NCBI RefSeq assembly: GCF_006345805.1
Contig: NW_021830119.1
Location: 1-5,163, forward strand
DNA: 5,163 nt
From: Octopus sinensis
Lineage: Eukaryota
Reading direction: 5' to 3'
The notes under the pieces were generated by a model. It did no database searches. It was given only the letters and a program-made list of their open reading frames with translations, and was not told the DNA's origin. Below are positions 1-5,163 of the stretch, in pieces (positions within the stretch are counted from its first letter, which is position 1; every line of letters begins with the position of its first letter). The position numbers were made by a program, and so were the translations under genes.

Positions 1-324
1 CACTGCCCACGTGGCAAACTAGGAACGGGATGATAGGATGAGAGAAAAAAAAAACGAGGAAAGGTGAGAAAGAAGTAAATATAAAAGATGGAAGGTTGAA
101 AAACCGGAAAACGAAAAAAGAAAGCAAAAAAGAAAACAGAAAGAAAGTCCCATCGTCCAATTCTTATTTTGTTATGCCATGAGGGCAGCGCACGAAGATT
201 GTGCAAGGACACCGGACGTGTTAAAAAATATTGTCTGGCATGCTCTCAGCACATGAAACTAATAGTAGCACATAAAAACACTGTGTTTATTAAATTATAT
301 ATATATATTTATTTATTTATAAGA

Positions 325-515
325 GGCTTTAGGTAACAGAAAAATGCAGGAGGATCAGTTGATTCTGATTTCATTCAACATATTCCCCTCTCAGATTATT
401 GCAGCGGTTCTTCAGTTTTACTAACCCCTGTAAAAAGAATTCAGAAGGTTGGGACTTCAACCAGGCCTTTCGTGACACCCTTAAAGCCAGGAACCTTTCA
501 GTACTCCACTTCATA
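325..515 (-). mobile_element. Non-autonomous mariner-derived element (MITE-like); left TIR and TA target dinucleotide present, right TIR mostly deleted
   Basis: Minus strand from 515 reads TA|TGAAGTGGAGTACTGAAAGGTTCCTGGCTTT, a mariner-type TIR after a TA, resembling the recalled TACGAGGGGGTGCTGAAAAGTTCCTGGCTTT. It is fused almost directly to sequence encoding a transposase C-terminus and stop, then a short 3' UTR ending ...TTACCTAAAGCC. Only 7 bp of the right TIR remain: GGCTTTA (325-331) is the reverse complement of TAAAGCC (482-488). Confidence 0.8.
371..469 (-). pseudogene. Mariner (Tc1/mariner superfamily) transposase C-terminal remnant
   Basis: Translation KAWLKSQPSEFFLQGLVKLKNRCNNLRGEYVE* fits the mariner C-terminal pattern (W-x3-P-x2-FF-x2-G-x2-KL-x2-R-W/x-x-KC-x3-(R)G-x-Y-x-E-stop). 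About three residues, including the KC, appear deleted. No DDD catalytic domain is present. Confidence 0.8.
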
Positions 516-527
516 TGCGTAAATATG

Positions 528-583
528 TACACACATATACACACATATACACGCATGTGCGCACACACATACATATATACATA
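528..583. repeat. Compound (CA)/(TA)/(CATA) microsatellite
   Basis: tacacacatatacacacatatacacgcatgtgcgcacacacatacatatatacatac, read directly. Confidence 0.85.
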
Positions 584-624
584 CCGACAGACAAAAAAGA
601 GACACACAGAATTACACACATACC

Positions 625-762
625 GCCAGCCAGCCAGCCAGCCAGTCAGGCCAGCCAGCCAGCCAGCCAGTCAGGCCAGCCAGCCAGCCAGCCAGCCAGC
701 CAGACAGCCAGACAGTCAGGACAGCCAGCCAGTCAGCCAGCCAGCTAGCCAGCCAGTCAGGA

Positions 763-812
<50 letters not shown>
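625..812. repeat. (GCCA)n tetranucleotide array with recurrent GTCAG interruptions
   Basis: About 188 bp of GCCA units. GTCAGG occurs at 645, 670, 715 and 756, with GACA/GTCA/GCTA substitution variants. It decays into GACA-like units to about 830. Confidence 0.97.
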
Positions 813-1247
813 CGCAGACTGACAGACGGACAAATTAAAACAGAGCCAGTTGTCTCTCTTACTCCTGAACATAGTTTAAAATAACCTTGACTAACAGCTT
901 TGTTTGAAAGTTACCCTGACCTAAATAATCTTGATTAAGAAACACACTTCCTCATCTGTTGGTCTTTGTTTAAGGCATTTCCTTGTCTTTGTTGTTGTTG
1001 TTGCCACTTTATAATTAATCACGTGGTGAGGTGAAAGGTTAATTTCTATTAAAAAGATTTTAGTATCGCCACCACCCCGTCCCCACATCACTTTGATGCG
1101 AAGAAATTTCTTCTCGAATTAAATAAAATATAAATTCTATAAGAAGCGAGATGTGTACCGTTAAGAGTTGATGGATGTCGGAGATAAAACGGGTGACAGC
1201 TAGGCAAGTGGTTACGACTATTTTGGGTACAGCTTTCTTTCTTTCTT

Positions 1248-1308
1248 TGTGTGTGTGTGTTGTGTGTGTGTGTGTGCATACATATATAGACACACACACA
1301 CACACACA
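1248..1308. repeat. (TG)n ... (CA)n head-to-head dinucleotide microsatellites
   Basis: TG run at 1248-1276, then a spacer of about 13 nt (catacatatatag), then an AC run at 1290-1308. Confidence 0.95.
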
Positions 1309-1418
1309 TTCAAATATACAATATATATAGAATTAATAGCAACAGAAGCAGTATTAATAGCAAAAGACAATCTCCAATTCAACTTCAAGGTTGGGTTAGA
1401 AAACAGAATGAGGACTTC

Positions 1419-1665
1419 TCATAAAGCCTCGTGGTGCATCAAACCCCACGTATTTATATCATTTACATTCGAAATGAGTGCCTTTGTGCCCCACTTATCC
1501 ATATGAGAGGCCCCCTCATAGCAAATAACGTAGTGTTCTGTGTTATTACAAAACCTTCATCTAAGATTACCTTATATATTTTTTGTAGCCGTTGGTTATG
1601 GCACTTAGAAAGTGACCATTGGTTTCACGTCTGTCAATGCTCTTAGCAATGTATGACTCATCAGA
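1419..1665 (-). mobile_element. Possible highly degraded hAT (Buster/Charlie-like) transposase fragment
   Basis: Minus-strand translations across frameshifts give, in the expected order: DES (1663-1655), TATKNI / KIYKVILDEGF (about 1590-1550), ICYEGASHM (from 1526) and LMHHEAL* (ending 1419). These resemble the Buster-type motifs LDESTD, TT.EDIFKVLDEFF, ICTDGA..M and CxxHREAL. Spacings are shorter than expected and the key D and C residues are altered. Confidence 0.4.
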
Positions 1666-1703
1666 CCAGACCCGCTGGCTGGAGGTACTAGTGAAGATAA
1701 AAA

Positions 1704-1938
1704 GGATCTTTTCTATTCTGAAGCCAGTTTTTTCAAATTTTTCCTACTGAACCAAACAATTTGAAACTTCGTATACTGGTAGAATGTGTCAAAAGTAAAC
1801 TTAATTGTAAACCAGAATGAAAACGGAATTGTAACTTCTAAGTTTAACGTTGTTTAATAATTAGAATTTTAACCAATGATATTCCGTCATTCGGCTTTAT
1901 TTTATTTACTCCGTCTCGACCACCAATTTCGTGACGTA
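1704..1938 (-). repeat. Left arm of diverged outer inverted repeat (pairs with 2626-2873)
   Basis: Reverse-complement matches: 1704-1727 vs 2850-2873 (23/24); 1744-1783 vs 2796-2835 (34/40); 1864-1877 vs 2700-2713 (14/14); 1931-1938 vs 2646-2653 and 2626-2633 (8/8). Coordinate sums of the first three blocks are 4577-4579, so they share one axis near 2289. Confidence 0.9.
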
Positions 1939-1963
1939 TTAAACATCTTAAATGTAAACAAGC

Positions 1964-2269
1964 GTGTGTGAAGAGCGACAGAGAAGTAAGGTGTGAAAGA
2001 GAGAGATAACTGGAATTTTTTACTCGGTGTATGGTATATGTATGTCTGCATGTATGTGTGTGTGTATGTATGTGTAAGTATGTGTGTGTGGTATGTATGT
2101 GTGTGTGTGTATGTATGTATGGCCGATTCATCGTAATTACGATGAATCGGCCATACATCATAGATACATACACACACACACATACATGCAGAAATACATA
2201 TACACATACCGAGTAAAAAATTTCAGTTATCTCTCTTTCACACATTACTCTCTCTGTCTCTTCACACAC
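1964..2269. repeat. Spacerless foldback (~306 bp) with a perfect 44-bp central palindrome and microsatellite-containing arms
   Basis: ATGTATGGCCGATTCATCGTAA|TTACGATGAATCGGCCATACAT (2115-2158) is perfectly self-complementary. Outer arms match, e.g. GTGTGTGAAGAG (1964-1975) with CTCTTCACACAC (2258-2269), and ATAACTGGAATTTTTTACTCGGT with its partner at 22/23. The left interior is (TG/TATG)n and the right is (CA/CATA)n. Confidence 0.95.
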
Positions 2270-2320
2270 ACTAACAGAAGCACTTCACTTACACAACATA
2301 CTGTCTCCCACACCCCATCA

Positions 2321-2339
2321 ACACACACACACACACACA
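2321..2339. repeat. (AC)n microsatellite
   Basis: acacacacacacacacaca, read directly. Confidence 0.9.
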
Positions 2340-2529
2340 TGTACAATCAATGCTTCCCCTAGACGGTAACTTCAAAGACAAACTTCCCTCGTCATAAAAT
2401 CGCTTCCTCTTAGTCTCTTTCGCTCTTCATTACTTATGTAAAAAAATAAAAGTTTTTTACGGAAATCGACGGAAAACTTGTGCTACGACAAGAGAAACTT
2501 CGCCGAAATTTAATATTTAAAAAAGCAAA

Positions 2530-2596
2530 GAGCTGGCAGAAACGTTAGCACGCCGGGCGAAATGCGTAGCCGTATTTCGTCTGCCGTTACGTTCTG
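2530..2596 (+). mobile_element. 5' head fragment of a tRNA-derived SINE (octopus-type), truncated at the B box
   Basis: GAGCTGGCAGAAACGTTAGCACGCCGGGCGAAATGCGTAGCCGTATTTCGTCTGCCGTTACGTTCTG. It has an A-box-like TGGCAGAAACGTTAG (2534-2548) and an internal hairpin GCGAAATGCG-TAGC-CGTATTTCGT (2557-2580). From memory it closely matches a very abundant Octopus SINE head that continues ...GTTCTGAGTTCAAAT; here the sequence diverges exactly where the B box should start. Confidence 0.75.
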
Positions 2597-2625
2597 TGTT
2601 TGTTTTACAGTTTTCCGAACGTTAG

Positions 2626-2873
2626 TACGTCACAAAAGCGCTTTCTACGTCACACTAATAGAATGCAGTCAAGTTTTACACATGAAAACAAACAATCTGA
2701 TTGGTTAAAATTCGCAGTTTTAATCTACGATTAAAGTCATAAAATAGATTTTTCTCAAATAAACTAGTTCCAACCTGTGTCTTGTTTTGCTAGACTCTAT
2801 CAGCATACGAAGTTTCAGATTATTTAGTTAAGTAGAAAGATCTGTGGTCCTGGCTTCAGAATTGAAAAGATCC
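2626..2873 (+). repeat. Right arm of diverged outer inverted repeat (pairs with 1704-1938)
   Basis: Same four reverse-complement blocks as the left arm. It contains TACGTCAC twice (2626, 2646) and CTGATTGGTT (2697-2706). Confidence 0.9.
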
Positions 2874-2908
2874 GATAAAAATATAGACTTGGTCAGCTTT
2901 GTATTGAA

Positions 2909-2922
2909 CCCCCCCCCCCCCC
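2909..2922. repeat. Poly(C)14 tract
   Basis: 14 consecutive C residues. Confidence 0.9.
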
Positions 2923-3297
2923 TGAAACGAAATTTTTACAAAGTGAATCTCCTGGGAGAGATGGAGTTGCGTCCATTTGAACGTCTCCACTTGTGTCCGA
3001 AAAGGATCAATTTATGTCTATTCTCTGTTCATTAATCAGTGAGCCGGGAAGCCCACGTTTCTAACATGAATTTCCTATCATGAGGGCACCGACTGAAAAT
3101 ATATAACAAACTGCGTGTCATAGTTAAAACAGATATACATGGTTGAAAGCCAGTTAAACTGCAGTATTCATCTCGAGAAAGCATCTCTCATATATGTATA
3201 GTGCTAAAAAACACAGAAGTATACCAGTAGTAGGCGAAAATCGTCGAGCAGCGAGCGAGGCAGTGCTAAATACGTATTTTTGCTTTTTGGAGCAGAG

Positions 3298-3489
3298 TCA
3301 GGACTCCTTCTCTGTTCGTGCAACTCTCTTCGCTTTAGCTTCTCTAGTCACATCTGATTCTGAGCGCTGTGCTCCAGAGTATAAACAACGCAAAAGTTCC
3401 AGGGATCGATCTCCAGCAAGGTGTTCCCAAGTAAGTTGTGTTACTTTTTCAAGGCTGTCGCGAGTGTCCTTGTATCTCTTCTTTGGCAC
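3298..3489 (-). mobile_element. RTE-clade LINE ORF2 C-terminal (post-RT) relic
   Basis: PKKRYKDTRDSLEKVTQLTWEHLAGDRSLELLRCLYSGAQRSESDVTREAKAKRVARTEKES* fits the RTE-clade C-terminal pattern (P/Q)KKR(Y/F)KD.....W..LA.DR..W...I..GA...E.......KR..R. It starts abruptly at a microsatellite and has a premature stop; no RT core is present. Confidence 0.7.
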
Positions 3490-3490
3490 A

Positions 3491-3538
3491 GTAGCAGCAG
3501 CAGCAGCAGCAAGTAGTAGTAGCAGTAGTGGCAGCAGC

Positions 3539-3590
<52 letters not shown>

Positions 3591-3719
3591 TAGTAGTTGC
3601 AGCAGCAGCAGCATAGTAGTAGTAGATGTAGTGGCAGCAGTAGCAGAAGCCGTAGTAGTAGATGCAGCAGCAAAAGTAGTAGTAGTAGTAGTAGAAGTTG
3701 CAGTAGTAGTAGTAGTAGT
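3491..3719. repeat. Compound (GTA)n/(GCA)n trinucleotide microsatellite
   Basis: About 229 bp of alternating GTA and GCA runs with GAA/GAT/GTG variants. Confidence 0.97.
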
Positions 3720-3726
3720 CGTGGTT

Positions 3727-3811
3727 TTTGTTGTTGCTGTTGCTGTTGTTTAACCCCAGGTCAAACCTGATGGAGAGGATATTTGATAAAACTAATAGCA
3801 GTTGTGATCAT
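3727..3811 (-). mobile_element. Interspersed repeat 3' fragment (copy A) with (AAC/AGC)n tail
   Basis: 3749-3811 aligns without gaps to 4229-4291 at about 40/63 identity (TTTA.CCCCAGG.CA...CT.AT.GA.........TGAT.......ATA.CAGT.GTG.TCAT). It is preceded on the + strand by (GTT/GCT)n, which is a 3' tail on the minus strand. It resembles, from memory, a common Octopus repeat. Confidence 0.65.
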
Positions 3812-3838
3812 TGCAGTTTTTTAAAAGTATATTGAAAT

Positions 3839-4194
3839 GGTGGTGGTGGGGGTGGTGGCGATTGATGGTGGTGGTGGTGGTGACGTCAGTGACGGTGGTG
3901 GGGGTGGTGGCGATTGATGGTGGTGGTGGTGGTGACGTCAGTGACGGTGGTGGGGGTGGTGGCGATTGATGGTGGTGGTGGTGGTGACGTCATTGACGGT
4001 GGTGGGGTGGTGGCGATTGATGGTGGTGGTGGTGGTGACGTCAGTGACGGTGGTGGGGGTGGTGGCGATTGATGGTGGTGGTGGTGGTGACGTCAGTGAC
4101 GGTGGTGGGGGTGGTGGCGATTGATGGTGGTGGTGGTGGTGACGTCAGTGACGGTGGTGGGGGTGGTGGCGGTTGATGGTGGTGGTGGTGGTGA
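3839..4194. repeat. 52-bp GGT-rich minisatellite, ~6.8 copies, each full unit containing TGACGTCA
   Basis: Unit GGTGGTGGGGGTGGTGGCGATTGATGGTGGTGGTGGTGGTGACGTCAGTGAC. The CG(A/G)TTGAT marker is at 3859, 3911, 3963, 4014, 4066, 4118 and 4170. I see only three differences among the units. Confidence 0.98.
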
Positions 4195-4218
4195 TAGGTA
4201 CTGAAAGCTTTCACTTAC

Positions 4219-4413
4219 GTTGTTGTCATTTAGCCCCAGGCCAGCACTAATCGAACAAGCCTATGATTAAGGACATAACAGTCGTGGTCATCACACCTGC
4301 TTCTTACTCGGAGGGAAACCGCGGCGTCGCTATCCACCGGCTCTCGTTTTCAGGCGATGAGATATGAATTAAAGGACATTTTGACTGCTATTTTTAGCAT
4401 TTGGCGAGACGCG
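4219..4413 (-). mobile_element. Longer degenerate copy (copy B) of the same (AAC)-tailed interspersed repeat
   Basis: Homologous to copy A over 4229-4291, with a short GTTGTTGTC tail at 4219-4227. The extension to about 4413 relies on recalled similarity of GACTGCTATTTTTAGCA (4383-4399) to the far end of the same Octopus repeat. Confidence 0.6.
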
Positions 4414-4486
4414 TTTGTGGTAGTAGGGTTGAGACGATGGCGGTGGTGATGTTGGCGAGGATGGGATTACAGGAGAGAGAGAGAGA

Positions 4487-4601
4487 GGGTGGGAGAGAGG
4501 GGAGGTGGGTTAATGATGTTGGTGAGGATGGGTAGGAGTGTGGGAGGGAGGGAGGGATGTATGGAAGGCGGATACGGGTGGGGCCGAGGTGGGGGAGAGG
4601 G
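4487..4601 (+). other. Cluster of three canonical G-quadruplex motifs
   Basis: GGGTGGGAGAGAGGGGAGGTGGG (4487-4509), GGGAGGGAGGGAGGG (4542-4556) and GGGTGGGGCCGAGGTGGGGGAGAGGG (4576-4601) each fit G3+N1-7 x4. Confidence 0.7.
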
Positions 4602-4659
4602 CTTGGTTAACATTACATCACCAGTTGATATTTCAGATGACATGACACTATATACACCC

Positions 4660-4805
4660 CCCCACACACAAACACACATGTATACGCATACACAATTATT
4701 GACACATACGCAGAGTACTAAATACACTTACATACTCACATACATATACACAGACGTAAACATACACAAACACGTATCTATATACACTACACAAATATAA
4801 ATACG

Positions 4806-4857
<52 letters not shown>

Positions 4858-4975
4858 TATTATATATATATATATATGCACATAAATTTACACGCACACA
4901 CATATATATGTGCATACACACACATGCACACATATACACACACATACATATATCCACATATATACACCCACACAA
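4660..4975. repeat. CA/TA-rich low-complexity region with a (TA)n core at 4807-4877
   Basis: About 70 bp of TA repeat with two phase slips (4850/4851 and 4860/4861), flanked by degenerate (CA)/(CATA) repeats. Confidence 0.92.
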
Positions 4976-5163
4976 ACCCAAATAAACTAAAATACATAAT
5001 CAAGCATGTTTATTATTCAAACAATAAATAAAAATACATCTTCGGGTGGGTAAGGGGTTGAATCGAAGGCAGAGTAGAGAGCGAGAAAGAGAGAGGGGGG
5101 GGGAGAGAGAAAGTAGCAGGGAAACGGGGTGGGGATAGAGATGTATCGATAAGACTCGAAGAA

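Larger units (their letters stand above)
1704..2873. mobile_element. Putative non-autonomous DNA transposon with long diverged subterminal inverted repeats, or two inverted copies of related elements
   Basis: About 1.17 kb bounded by ~240-bp diverged inverted arms, with no coding capacity inside. True termini and a TSD could not be identified. Confidence 0.45.

Noticed and set aside
371-427. Terminal coding exon of a host gene (acceptor TTCTTTTTACAG followed by GLVKLKNRCNNLRGEYVE*)
   Set aside because: Mariner similarity continues upstream through the supposed acceptor (AWLKSQPSEFFLQ) and a TIR lies just beyond, so it is a transposon remnant.
399-884. ORFs 399-884, 515-748 and 612-872 (QPAS/ASQP/WLAG repeats)
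   Set aside because: These are translations of the (GCCA)n and CA/TA microsatellites.
1611-1670. Hammerhead-ribozyme-like sequence on the minus strand (CTGATGAGTC ... GAAACCAATGGTC)
   Set aside because: Stem II does not abut GAAA (2-6 extra nt) and stem I pairs for only about 3 bp. CTGATGAGTCA is equally explained by decayed (L)DES codons or a chance AP-1-like ATGACTCAT. A covariance-model search against Rfam hammerhead families would settle it.
1844-2362. Overlapping ORFs on both strands sharing MYGRFIVITMNRPYI or VWPIHRNYDESAIH
   Set aside because: Identical peptides on opposite strands are a direct consequence of the DNA palindrome; the rest is microsatellite translation.
2530-2596. tRNA gene, or HDV-like/twister ribozyme
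   Set aside because: There is no cloverleaf and no B box/T arm. Segment lengths and catalytic motifs do not fit HDV (no room for P3/L3/P1, no J4/2) or twister. A SINE head explains the sequence.
2400-2710. Host gene promoter (CpG-rich, CRE-like sites, CCAAT box)
   Set aside because: The motifs are mirrored in the opposite inverted-repeat arm and much of the CpG content comes from the SINE fragment. No associated exon or start was found, so it is not called as a promoter.
178-3089. Shared 10-mer CATGAGGGCA near 178 and 3080
   Set aside because: A 10-bp match is expected by chance in a window of this size and it does not extend.
3194-3673. ORFs 3194-3616 (+, poly-Ser/Ala) and 3449-3673 (-, poly-Leu/Thr/Cys)
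   Set aside because: They are the antisense of the RTE relic plus in-frame trinucleotide repeats, with no recognisable domain.
3839-4194. CRISPR-like array or glycine-rich coding repeat
   Set aside because: There are no unique spacers, the context is eukaryotic, and the 52-bp period is not a multiple of 3.
4467-4981. ORFs at 4467-4981
   Set aside because: These are translations of G-rich low-complexity sequence and TA/CA microsatellites.

Overview
Eukaryotic, repeat-dense, apparently non-coding DNA. It is most likely from an octopus, inferred from extreme microsatellite density and from several interspersed repeats that resemble, from memory, abundant Octopus families. I find no intact host gene; most ORFs in the supplied track are translations of microsatellites or of a palindrome. 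Contents in order: a mariner-derived MITE with one TIR mostly lost (325-515, minus); a (GCCA)n array; a possible heavily decayed hAT/Buster transposase relic (1419-1665, minus); a nested inverted-repeat structure, with diverged outer arms at 1704-1938 and 2626-2873 enclosing a ~306-bp spacerless foldback (1964-2269, perfect 44-bp core palindrome) and a truncated tRNA-derived SINE head (2530-2596); an RTE-clade LINE ORF2 C-terminal relic (3298-3489, minus); two copies of an (AAC)n-tailed interspersed repeat, each followed by a trinucleotide-based array, one being a near-perfect 52-bp minisatellite with six TGACGTCA (CRE) palindromes; a G-quadruplex motif cluster; and (TA)/(CA) microsatellites. 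Family assignments rest on recalled motifs, not database searches. The nested inverted-repeat element and the CRE minisatellite most deserve follow-up.
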